Assembly (NCBI RefSeq): GCF_020745735.1
Contig: NC_083407.1
Span: forward strand, 68,377,857 to 68,441,856
Direction: 5' to 3'
DNA length: 64,000 nt
Source: Hemiscyllium ocellatum
Taxonomy: Eukaryota
Shown: positions 1 to 12,313 of the stretch, in pieces
Layout of the letters: every line of letters starts with the position of its first letter
How positions within the stretch are numbered: the first letter of the stretch is position 1
Notes under the pieces: model-generated
Told to the model about the DNA's origin: nothing
Databases searched by the model: none
What the model saw: only the letters and a program-made list of their open reading frames with translations
Position numbers and translations under genes: made by a program

Positions 1-333
1 TTTAGGAAGAAATAAAATAGAATTGATCAACTGTTTTCTGTTCGATAGCAAAAGTGTGCAGTTTCAAACTATCATCTAACCTTTAAACGTGTAGATTCAC
101 TGGGTGAGCCATGGACGCTGAGATTTGTTTTACAACGTGCACTACACATCAAGCAAAATTCAGTGACGGTTCTGAATAATTATATGTAAAGCAACCTTTA
201 GCATTTATTAAGATTTCACTGGAACTCCTTTTTGTATTTCGTTTCTTTACAAGCATGTCAAATAGTTCTTGAATGATTCCGTGAAAAATCAAAGGAGTCT
301 CAATGCGTTTTCACGTGTACTTCATGGGATTGT

Positions 334-348
334 CCACTAGGCGGTGCT
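334..348 (+). promoter_or_regulatory. Candidate CTCF site upstream of HoxD8
   Basis: CCACTAGGCGGTGCT resembles the CTCF core CCASYAGRKGGCRS; motif match only. Confidence 0.5.
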
Positions 349-2819
349 GTCGCTCCACTGTAACAATGTAAAAAACTGCAAATGAGAACAGATTCGCAGT
401 AAATCGGTTAGAAGAAAAGTCATAAGTTTTCATAGTCAGATCACATTTTGAAAACGTGAATAATGGTACTATCTGTAGCCTGGCTTTTTGGACTAATTTC
501 AAAGTACAAGCTTAACAATTATAATCTTAAATTAGAAAAAAACAAACGCTCTAAATCAAACGGATGTAAGCATTTAATCAATTCAAAATAAACGATTCCA
601 TATAACATTTTAGAAATTTATTACAAAATAGAGGCAAAGTGGAAACTTTCGACTTTAAACGACTTGCGTGAAGAATGTGAACGATTTTCTATTAAAATTC
701 ACATCGATTGCAACTATAACTTTCACAAGAACACACCATTTTGGCATCTGCATTCTCCTTTGTTGCAGTGATGCCCATTTCTCTAAACTATAAAATATGA
801 TGTTTGGGCAATAGATTGATGTTGTATGCTACTATCATAGTCATCTACGTTTTGGAGTGGGGTTCCAGAAGAAGGATTTCAGAGTTTTTTTTTCTTTTTC
901 ATTGCTTAATACACATCACTATTCGGTAACGAAAAGTGAAATTGTACAAGCGACTACAGAAATATCACTTCAAATGGATTGCATTTCCAGCTAATTTTAC
1001 GAAAGCGTATAATTCTCAAGCTTAACGGCGTAAGTTTCGATTCATTTTCTCGTGCATCCCAGTATCAAAACAGCAACGAAAAGGGGATTCGGCCTACGTT
1101 TAAAAAAAACGCTGGCCATCAGTTTTACCAGTTTCCCCTTGCAACGCTTCTTTTAAAATTATGTTCGAATCATTTTAATAAATTATGAGCAATTTGAACT
1201 ATTTGCAATAGTTACAGATTTGTTAAACACTCTCCCGTATGTCCCGGAGTAAATTGGCTCCATTTTAAAAAAAATATTTCGCAGAGAAAGAAATGAGGGC
1301 CTGGCGCAAAGGCTACATTTGTATCTAAGCAATGACTTTTGATGTATCTCCACAACAAAGAATATTTCCAAGATTTCGGCAAAAAAAACTTTGCTACCTT
1401 TTTTTTATTAGCACGTGTACTTAGCTGTTTGATATTAGGCTTGAACGCCGCTGTCCATTGCTTTATTGCGAATAATGCTGTACGCATTCATTTGTCGTTG
1501 ATGACTGCGGAATTATTTAGTTAATTCAACGTGGAGAACTCATCTTTCGGATTTCTGAGGCATTTTGTGACGATTAGACAAGGCGTTTTGTAATCCCTTC
1601 TGATAACACAGCAAAAAGGATGTAAACTGAAGCTTAAAGAACTCACACTGAAATTAGCGATTGGTATATGTGGACATTCCAATTTATGTTGCAGAATCTT
1701 GTTCAACACGTAAATTAATTTGCATGCTTTCTACAAAAAAAAGGACGAGGCGAGAGATTCTGCTCATAACATTTATCCTTCTTGTAAATGCGCTCAAATG
1801 AGGTGAGCATTTCAACAAGATGGATGTGGCCGAAGAGTAAATTTCCATGTATAAGTACGTACACGATATTCAATCTATTTATCGCGTTACCGATTAATGA
1901 GAATATTCCGTTCATTAAAAAGTGCGGGTTTGTCGGAGATTTTAGTGATAAATACGATCAGAATCTGTGATTATCATGCAATTTTAACAAGAAAACCTGA
2001 AGCTTTTAGTTGCAATTCATGGATAAATTCGTCAAATTAAATTAAAATTGTACAAATTGTGACTTTTTAGTTGGCTTTTTGATTTCAACAAATAAGTGAA
2101 GGGCTGCTGGGAGGAATACAGTTGCTATACGTTTTGGGCTCATTTTGAATGAACGTATTCTGAATTAATGGCAGTGCAAGGAGAATTTTTCTGTGCATCA
2201 GCCAATAAGGATATTTCTGGTGCTATTTCCCTGAAGCATTCTGGCGAGTTGAGACAGCCATCGAAGCGTGAGGAACAAAGTTCACCGGTGAATACAAGTT
2301 TAGCAGATCAAGGACTCTTTTCGTTTAAACTTTAAACACAGTCGTTTAAAAGGGGAAAATGGAATTCTTTTTATTCATGAACCATCAACAACTGAAGCTA
2401 ACCAGTTCGAGCACTGCACGCCTAGAATCTCAGGCTTGCTCTTCCTCCCGATGCTTAAGTTCTTGATCAACTATCAACCTCACACTGCAAACTTTGTATT
2501 TGCCTGGAGAACTAAGCTACTTTTCCTCGGCAATGACGTATGCCAGGGCTGAAATGATGGAAACTGTATTCACAGGCATGATTTTCATTAGCCAGTAATT
2601 AACCTCGAAGTTTAAGTTAAGTGAACCCATGTCTCTGAGGCAAGGGTAACTATTTCTCCACGTTCTTCGGAGAAGGGAGACTTCATAATCTGTATCAATG
2701 GCGCGAACATTTTTTAATAGCAAGGAACGCTTTGTTCAGCTGCTCCCAGATACCACCAATAAAATAAAGAATTATAGAAGGGTGTTAACCGTTCATATGG
2801 AAATTACAGACACATCTGC

Positions 2820-3000
2820 TTTATCAAATATAAAGATATATCTATTGGCATAAAGGGATAACTGCATAAATGTAGGGATATATATGTGTAATGATAAACA
2901 TATAGGTATGAATATAAATCTGCAAGTATAAATATGCATAAGTATGAATGTATATCTGTAAGTAGAATTATAAGTACAAATAAACATCTAAAAGTACAAG
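2820..3000. repeat. Degenerate AT-rich (TA/TG)n low-complexity tract
   Basis: Repeated tata/tatg/ataa units; generates spurious Y/I/H-rich ORFs. Confidence 0.6.
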
Positions 3001-3113
3001 CCGGAGAGGGACAGATTGACAGATTGGTGCAGATCCAACAAGATTTACAGAAACAGCCAATAAAAATAATCCCTGATCTTAATTCTAACTTTAGCCTTTT
3101 AGCCCTGTGGCTT

Positions 3114-3176
3114 CCCCCGCCAAACCCCCGCCCACACATACCCCAAACACCAAGCCCCCAAACCACCTCCACCCCC
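3114..3176 (-). repeat. C-rich tract (G-runs on the minus strand, potential G-quadruplex) upstream of HoxD8
   Basis: Several C4-C5 runs separated by short spacers. Confidence 0.5.
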
Positions 3177-3704
3177 TCATTTTTGACTATGTTTTGACCT
3201 TGAGACCAGTCTCACCTTGTTGTGCTCTAAAATCTAATTGCTGTGCTGTAACCAGGCCAGCTTCATTTCTCTTCAGTTGAGTGGCGCACGTATTTCATGT
3301 TTTCTGTGATGCGGCCCGCCTAATTGTAATGAGAGTGTGCTCAGTATATTAATCCGCATGTTATCTTTTTTTTCCGATCTCTATGCCCTCTACATTTTTT
3401 TGAGAAAAAAATATCATTTCCCAGCACAGACGTATTGCCCGCGAAAGCGGCAACTGTAAACGGCAGTCAACGATCTTCCCAGTTGGCTGAGAACTGATCT
3501 GCGGTTTCAAAGTGAAGCAGCCAAAGCAGTGAGGCAGTTGTGTACCTACAGTATTAGCGAGTATGTTCCACGGGGCATCAGTGCATACAGGACCTGCATT
3601 GCCATCATGAGCACTGTGTAGATCGGGGAACCCAATAACATCACTTCAGTGTTGTTTAACATTTATTTTGTTGATATCCATTGGCCATTCTAGAGTCTGC
3701 ACAG

Positions 3705-4658
3705 ATGAGTTCATATTTTGTTAATCCATTCTACTCCAAGTACAAACCAGGAGAAGCTCTGAGTCCCACTTACTACGACTGCCGGTTTCCACAAGACGTG
3801 ACCAGCAGACACGCTGTCGTCTATGGTCCCAGCAGCGGCGCAAGCTTCCAGCACCCAGCTCAAGTTCAAGATTTTTACCATCATGGGACATCTGCACTTC
3901 CTAATGCTGGCTTTCAACAGAATCCTTGTGGAATTACGTGTCATGGTGACCCCTCTAAATTTTACGGATACGATAACTTACAAAGACAGCAAATTTTTAC
4001 GACACAGCAAGAGGCCGATCTGGTACAATATCCTGACTGTAAATCGTCTAGCAGTAATATTGGCGAAGAACCAGAACACTTAAATCAGAACTCGTCTCCT
4101 ACTCAAATGTTTCCCTGGATGAGACCTCAAGGTTGGATATATTAGAATTAGCTTCCATCTCACGTTTTACTGCACAGTTATATCGCCAACGTGTTTTAAC
4201 GCGGTCTGTAATAGTCTTGTCTGCTTTTATAGCAACACTTTCTTTGTATGGCATTACCGTTCAAAAGCAGGCTTGTTGTTGTTCTTGTTGCTAGTCTGTC
4301 ATGATTTGCTTGTGTGCAATTTTCCAATATTTACTGTCTCTTGTGATTCTCGTGTTGTTTAGCAGCGCCCGGCAGACGCAGAGGAAGACAAACTTACAGC
4401 CGATTCCAAACCCTGGAGCTGGAAAAGGAATTTCTGTTCAATCCGTATCTGACACGAAAGCGAAGGATCGAGGTTTCACATGCTCTGGGACTGACAGAGA
4501 GGCAGGTGAAGATTTGGTTTCAAAATAGGAGAATGAAGTGGAAAAAGGAAAACAACAAGGACAAATTTCCAAGCTCTCGGAACGACGAGGAGGAGGAAGA
4601 GGTCAAAAAAGAACAGGAAGAGCCTGAGCAGGAGACAACAGAAAAAGAGACCAAGTAA
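3705..4658 (+). CDS. HOXD8: Homeobox protein Hox-D8; exon 1 3705-4131, exon 2 4363-4658 (alternative acceptor 4366); about 240 aa
   Basis: [14 protein letters not shown] start; FPWMRPQ hexapeptide; GT donor 4132; TAG/CAG acceptor; PG8 homeodomain [60 protein letters not shown] followed by NKDKFP and an acidic tail; TAA 4656-4658. The exon 2 coding frame is missing from the ORF track. Confidence 0.96.
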
Positions 4659-5049
4659 CTTTACCCCCTTTGGCCTCTAAGCAAAACGTCATTCAGTTTG
4701 TCCAAACTGCACTGTTAAACAGTGGTGAACAGAATGAATCTCCGGCACATTGATGGCAAGGTTAATGTAAACTGTCCACCTGTTTTTTTTAAAGTTCTTT
4801 AGAGCCTTAATTCGACATTATATCTCATGAATTCTCTGTGCATCATTTTGAACTTTTCAATCACACCTTGACAGATCAGCCATCATATAGAAATGTGCGG
4901 CTTCCCTTATTATAAGTGGCAAGTGGCAAAATCACAGAAGAAATCGCCATTTTGAATAAAGATTTTATTGCTTTTTAATACGTCGATAATATGAGATGGT
5001 ATCGTGATTGATTTAGTTTGTTGATTTTATTTAGCATTTTGTGATTATA

Positions 5050-5070
5050 CCCAACAACATGAACTGCCTA
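5050..5070 (+). promoter_or_regulatory. miR-196 target site in the HoxD8 3' UTR
   Basis: CCCAACAACATGAACTGCCTA is complementary to miR-196a (UAGGUAGUUUCAUGUUGUUGGG) with one G:U pair and a 1-nt bulge; same site type as in HOXB8. Confidence 0.9.
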
Positions 5071-5673
5071 ATAGAATGAATAATTCGGAATGTATTGCGA
5101 ACACACTTAATGATAGAGAAAAAAATGTGCACTTACGATGTGTCTTAATTACTGTGCGTGTGAAATAATTGGTGGTGTATTGCGGCTGGAAATTCTCAAC
5201 CATTACTTATCTCTGATACGCATATTATAAACACAAGCAAAAAAAATGTCAAGGTATTCCGCAGCAATAGTCACTTTTTAAGATGCTCGAATGTGATTAA
5301 ATTAATAAATGTTGATTAAATTTAATTGTGTACTTGTTTCATTTTCCGACGAGTATTCCAAAGCAACAAAAATGCTGTAAAGGAAAATCAATCTGGTCAT
5401 TTCGAGACCATCAGCAGAGATCACTGGTTTACCCTCTTGCCAGTTTTCTGCGGCTGCTTCTAGGCTGCTACTTTCCAGTGAAATCAGATGCACTTTATTT
5501 TTGTTTCTGTGTCTCTGTAGCCACAAGGTTCAGGCCTGTCATACAGCAGCGCGGCAGTTACATGGACGGAAAAGCCTGAAGATGGCGTAATGTAGTTATA
5601 AAAGTTAATGATATCGTCGATGATTAGAATATTAGTTTATCTATGCCCCAAGTTAAAAGTCTTTCCAGTGACT

Positions 5674-6918
5674 ATTGGTTAATGAGATCACATGCCTGGC
5701 TTATGTGTGGCTAAGCCGACGCTGTAAAAGTTAGTATTGGTGTTAAACTGCGGTCTACTGTACGCGTGTATCAGCAAATCTCGTAAAACCGACAATAAAA
5801 GTTCTAACACTACAAATCACTCAACAAACTGTGGACTTCTGGCTCCATTTTATTTTTCTCTGGTTTGAAGGCTGGGGAAGAAAGCAACATCTTTGGTTGC
5901 CTAATAACCTTCCAACATTTCGCGAATTTTTTTCCTTTATCAGCAATTACGCCAATTTAAATGTCAATAATATCAGTGGGCACGTTGCTTATAAACTTCA
6001 ACCTTAAGAATCGGGAATTTCGAATCTCCACCTTTGCGCAGGGAGATGAACAGCATGGCCAATCTGAAACAATAAAGACAAATTGATAAGAACAAACAGG
6101 AAACAATTAGAGGGGAAAATGCAAACGTTGTGTTTCAAATGTGAACAAACAATTAAAAGACCTTGTTTATTTTTAAAACTAAAAATAGCACTCTGCATTT
6201 TGTGGCGAGTTCGAGAATCCACTGAGATAATACAAACATCTCTGATTTTCGAAACAACTTCAGACTTGTAATTGAATGGAATTCTCTGTGTTAATAACTC
6301 AAAGTCATACGACCGCAATATCCTCACTGTATCAGGTATAGTCAGATATGAAGCAACAATTAATTAATTGAAGATAGAGATTTGAGCAGTTGGGGAATCC
6401 CAGTTTTGGAGCTGTATATTGGTAATTTTACACATTTGAATGTTAATTGCATTATGTTTTATTTTAATGCAAATAAAATTTGTATCCTATTTTAAATAGC
6501 AAACTAGCTATCCGATTGCAATATAGCAATCATTTTACAGAATAAATCGACTCTAAATAAATTGGAACAGACTTATTTTTAATTGCATTTTCGAACAGGA
6601 GAGGATCATATTTGTCCAAAATTAAGTATTTCTTGACTGTCTTTCACATATTACCAGGATTGTTTTAAATGTGTGCATGATTTTTCTACGATGTTCAATT
6701 TCATCAAAAAACCACAAATTTTGAAGTTCAACAAATCAGTGTGAAACAGGCTATATATGTATATTTTTAAATGCTATTCTGCATTTGCTCCAATTGCAAA
6801 TTGAATCATCAAATCCCCATACCAGCGATCAGGAAGGGATTGTACAATGACGGTAGAACGGGTCTTATCAAGTATTTAGATTAGCAAAGAAGAATCGCAA
6901 GTTTTCACTGAACGAATT
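5674..6918 (+). pseudogene. Putative decayed HoxD7 (promoter, 5' UTR, ATG>GTG at 5831, donor 6336, homeobox fragments 6827-6918)
   Basis: 5737-5833 closely follows the HOXB7-type 5' UTR (AATCTCGTAAAACCGACA.TAAAA...CTACAAATCA...CAAA.T-ATG) as recalled. 6873-6899 reads YLD*QRRIA versus YLTRRRRIE, and 6907-6918 reads TERI versus TERQI. Lies in the collinear position. Confidence 0.7.
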
Positions 6919-8184
6919 GTGCACACAATGGCGAGGCTTGTGGGTGGAATTAATACTTTGAAACGGGCATTGCTTCTGAATTGTTGCTTACAATTCCCGG
7001 TCAATTTGGGTCTCGAATAAAATCGCTATCGAAATTCCTCCCCCATCCAGTCTCCAAACCCAGAAAGACTTTTCCAGTTGTCCTGTTGAAAGTTTTATTA
7101 ATAATGCATGTTATTTTGATGTAACCTTGATAATAGTCTTATCATTTTCATAAATTAAAAATGAGAACTCGTCCCGATTCTGGTGATACCGTTTTGGATT
7201 TTCACCGTAAGATCACTTCAAAACACCGCAGCAAAGACAGCCTCGTGCTAGCCCTTCTCTAGAGTTAAATCAGCGGTAAGCATGGGATAATAGAGAAACT
7301 TGGAAAGCAAATATCTAGCAGACATGCTTTCCTTCTAATGCTCGAAGTTCCCGTGCATGCAACACGGTGAAACCGTAATTACCGAACCCGCTCACGGACA
7401 TTGAAGGAAAAATATACCGAACCAACTGATTCAAATGCTTGCATTCACGCCTAATCTGTTAACGCAGCGCCGAAGCTATTTTAGCCGATTAAGCCAAATC
7501 TTATGAAGCACGAGAATTTATAATGCCCATTTTCTCCCCACAGTGGACACACGAGGACTTTAATGCCGTGCTCCATGTCATTCGGCCCCTACATATGCAT
7601 CTATTTACTGTTCTGTTCTGACCTGTGCAAAATGCATCGTACAAAGCTTCGAATAAGATACAACTTTCCTTGAGATTTTGATTGTTATTGGAAGGAAGGA
7701 CGGAAGGCGCCGCAGTTTTGTTGCGTATTTTACAGACGCTTTTGCTTAGTTTATTTTGCTTTCTACTTTTAATTAGATCTTATTGAATGGAATGAGAAAG
7801 TCGGGAGGAAACGAAAATAAGTTTTCTAATACGTAACTGGCAGCAGTATATATTCTTGGTATTACCGCTTTATTATGTTTTTGACGAGATTTAATTTCAA
7901 AAATGCCCATGTCTTCACTTGATACATCTATTGGATGTATTAAAGAAGTAGCGATTAACAAACAAATTGTAACGATTTGTTTGCTGCACTATAGAATGCG
8001 CCCCGCATTGGTTGATATTCCACTTGATGTTGTCGCGGTATTTCCGCTGATATAGTTAGTTAAGACGTTCGTTACAATACATATTGTAACAAATAGCTGT
8101 AGCAAAGAACTCGTTAAAGGGAACATGGCGCTTGCTAGCTATACTTGTGAAATCCGCAAGGAATTGCTGCGAATTCCTTTTTGT

Positions 8185-8290
8185 TTGAAGAAAATTTACA
8201 ACTTTGTAATGGACCTTTTACGACGGAGCCCGTGATCCTATTGGCTGACATTGGTCATGTGAATCTAGTAACTGCGTTCATGGCCTTTTC
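8185..8290 (+). promoter_or_regulatory. Conserved Hox8/7-6 intergenic element (resembles the four-cluster sequence); probable promoter of a non-coding first exon ending at donor 8658
   Basis: TTTACAACTTTGTAATGGACCTTTTACGAC, inverted CCAAT at 8240, E-box CATGTG at 8256; GG|GTAAGT donor at 8658. Confidence 0.65.
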
Positions 8291-11200
8291 ATGATTTCCC
8301 TTGTGAATATTTCACTGCATTCCGCTGCTAACTCGTCTCAAATCGTCTTTTCTGTCAGTATCTCCTCTTGCCTGCTTTTGTCGTTGGTATTTGACGCCAG
8401 CTGCTTGCAAAAAAAGGAGACTTTCTGCTGTATTCGCAGTGTCCAGTCCTTTTCCGTACAACTGTGAGGAAGTCATTCGTCTCATGCTGGGATTCAGCAA
8501 CCTAATCACTCTCACAGAGCTCTGACGTCTGTTTACAGTCTTCCATTTACCCTTCAATTTTCGCCTTACCTTTTTCAAGTTATTTTATTGATCGAAAAAG
8601 TAGAAATGGAATACAATATCAGGCTGGTGACTGTATTGGGGAAGCGCCCTAACCCGGGTAAGTGCTATGCTGTTTTAGCTCTGCTGTTGCAAATCATATT
8701 GCTGTAAATGGAAAGCCGGAAAAAGGCGTTTGTTTCATTCGCTGGATTCTGGGGAACTGTTTCTGAGATGGTGCGCTATTGAAGCTAAATGACCCCAGCA
8801 CGGGTTTGAAAACGGTCCGAACGAAGCAGGTCCAGGTGGTCACTGGAATTCATATGGCGGCTGTGGCGCAGATTAATTAAATATTTATTTCCCGCAATAG
8901 AACGGAGTGCTATGATTCGTGGCTGTCTTTGAAATGAAGGCTTCGCCACACACAGCTGATATGTTTTCATATGATCCAGAGCAGAGATGAATCAGAATGT
9001 GTAGCGTTGTAGTAGGATAATTAGTAGTGCTATTGCAAATTGCGCGACTTGGGTTTTTTTTTCCGGGAGCTAATGATTGGCGGTTTCAGTTTGTTTCTGT
9101 CTGCTATTTTGCATACAAGGATATGTGTTGAACGTCATCTGTAATAAGAATTAGGTGCAGAGATGAATGATATGCATTGCCTTAATCCTAATAATTCCGT
9201 GCAGCAATCACAGAAGCGATCAGAATTTTGGAGATGTGTTTAACCAGCATTTTAAATGATGTCTGACCACGTGACGGAACTTTGCACAAATGAGTGATAC
9301 TCTTCCAATAAGTGCCCTGCAATAGATAGCGGACTGTGCTCTCAATATACTTGTAATGAACAGGGGATCAGGAAAAATTTCTAACTGCGTCTATATTTGC
9401 AATGTTTAAAATATTAGCAGCTCAACCATCCGGTGATTAATTTCCCGCAAGTTGTCCCCAAATTGGATAGCACATTTTATTAAAACTGTAGGGTCTTCAT
9501 GCGGGAAATGTTTTTAGTTCGGAACCAACAGCTCCAGTCCATGTTAAGTGAATTCACAATGCAAAACAGAATGATCACCAAAAATCGTGGAATTCCTTTA
9601 CTTTGTTGTGGAAGTTTTTCTCATTATTAGCGATTTAACTGCAAAATCTTGCTGCAGACGTATACCTAGAAAGGTGGAAGGGGGTGGTTGTGTGTGCGAG
9701 ATATTGTCATCAGGAGATGAGCTGATCATATATCATTTCTGCAATTTCCCTCGGCAATTATTTGTATGTATTTTTTCCAATTATTAAATATTCGGAGAGG
9801 ATTGCTTAAATTGTTTTTGACTGTACATCAAAATTGCACTCATTTGAAATGTATGCTTATATTCATAATTTGAAAATTGATTTGTCTTTCAATCTTCTTT
9901 TAGTGAAAACGGATTAAACGACTATAGTTTGACCATCCATTTTGTGCATAGTTATAGCGATCTTGATTTGTTGTGCATCTGTCGCCTATTTGTATATGAA
10001 AATAGTATTAAACACCGAACAAAATGTCTGTCTATCTATCTAACGTATGGACCAACAGACATATTGTGAAAGTGAAAGCGAGGCTGTTCAAAATGAAGCT
10101 AGAATCAAAGAGTGTGCATCGATAGCGTAACATGCGCAATTTCATCATAGTCTTTATAACGTTGTGAATGTTTCTATATTAAGTATTGACGTTTTTTAGT
10201 CAAAACTCACAAACAGCAATGTACGTGCACTCGAATTCTATCAGTTTTGAAGTTTTAGTATTATTTTAGCTATTGGCAAAGCACTTGCAGGTTTACCCTA
10301 ATTTTCAAGCAATATTTGACAGTAATTCTGTTCATAATACCTTTTGTTTAATTCTCAATGCATCGCCCATCTTCATTCCAATTTGTCAGGCAATTATTTT
10401 ACAGACTTTGAAAATCAAGCATTATTTGCCTCCATTAAATAATTAAATGAGATAAGGTTGTTCAGGTATAATTTTCGTTAAAATAAAGCTGATTTTTCGG
10501 AGTTACGTGACTATTACACTCTGCACTTTTTACAATGTATGAACAGACTGAAAAGTGATTTCGCAGATTTTTCTTAATCATTCGTAATTTAGCATGAACA
10601 CATGGAAAAAGAAAACTGAGCAACAGTAATGTCACTGTAATTAAAATTACCAGAAAGCGGATATTTGTTATTCAGTTCATTTTCTAGTTTTAGAATCGAA
10701 TTATTTAATTTTTGTTATTATGCGTCATGTCGTCGTGGTTTTGCTAAACCGACTAAAGTACGCAACAGGCACCGTTGTATCTGTCTCTGTGTGTATACCT
10801 ATGTGTGTGTGAATATCTGCCTATCTGTTCGCTTGTATGTGTAATTCATACTAAGTGTCCAATTGTGCATTTAGAAACGCTACCCGAAAAAGTTTTGCTC
10901 ATATTACATCTTCGGTACCAGCCATGCTCAAAAATAATTTCCAAATGATTTCAGCATAATAGCAAAATATTAGAATCAATAATTTCAATGAAACATGTTT
11001 CATTTAACTTCTGCAACAAAAGGTGGTCTGATTCCCAATGCCAGTTCGCATTAAACCATTTATTGCACTGCTTTTATATTGGCATCTCGTTGTGAAAGTA
11101 AGTAAATCTTAATGCAAACACTTCGCACAGATTCGAGGGAAATGGTCTATTGCAATCTCAAAGACAATTCGATCCTCGTAGTTTTGGCAAACCAACGAAT

Positions 11201-12313
11201 TTCCAGAACGCGATCTTCTAAATTTTGTCATAAGGGAGACGCACTGGAAAATGACAATCAACAAAAATGAATTAGTATGTGATGCACGCAATAATTTATA
11301 CTTTCCATTGTCAGAGCATAATTCACAATCGTGCCTGGTGAAAGGGTAAAATATTTGACTGTTGGGTATTCTATTTCAAAAGTTTCAAGAGTACAAATAT
11401 TCGGTAAAGTAGAAAAAAAATCGTTGTAGTCAGCAGCAAAAAGCCATTCTATTCCATAACGTGTACTGTAAGAACGGCCTGATTTGTTAGTGCAGGACAA
11501 AGACAGTATTTCTGTTACCGACTGTCACATGGCTGCCGCAGCCTTAGATTTACGAGCTTTAGACAGAGTCAGTTGGACAGTGTCGCAACTCTGTTCTTCG
11601 AACAGAATTGCAAGGGTGCACAAATCAAACTTCACAAAGGATAAATAAAACCATCCCCATAGTCTGGCATTTTATTTAAAATGCACTTGTTAAAATATTA
11701 TATTTTGACTTCTTAAGCTATAAATTGTAATCCATGATTGATCTGGAATCAATGCACTTTTAATGAAGGCCTATGCAGTTCCACCTTGAAACCGGGGCCT
11801 AGAATAAATACCTGGGGTCTTTGTGGGTTGATGTTGTATCCTGGCATGGATTGCACGGGCTGTGATTACAAACTACAATAATATTTCCATTGAAACTTGC
11901 TTAGACTTCAATTAATTGGTAATACTTTAGCCCTTCAATTCTTAAAAGCTCGGGTGTAATAAGTAAAAGTAACTCAATTCTCCAGCGCTGCAAGTTGTCA
12001 GGGTAAATAACATCTAAATGTTCCTGCGATAGAAAGGAAATCAAATTCTGTACGGTTTTGTATGAGAAACTAGTATGTGTGGGTGGGGCGGTCAAAACAT
12101 AAACCCGAAGAACCCTATTTTGTTGCTAACCGATGCACTGACTAATCTGTAGGAACACCCTTTTTTTGCCAAGAAAAAGAAACAAAGCATTGATGTACTC
12201 CACCTGTTTGAAAGATTACTGCCATTCTGAGCGGATCTTTGTAAGAAGTCCTGCAAGGCCCGCATTATCACGGTCGATGTTTGACACCTTTGTCCTTCAT
12301 TATCAACTCCTTT

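Noticed and set aside
2793-3197. Overlapping 64-122 aa ORFs
   Set aside because: Products of low-complexity TA-rich and C-rich tracts.
4301-4528. 75-aa ORF over HoxD8 exon 2
   Set aside because: Wrong frame; the homeodomain is read after splicing from 4131.
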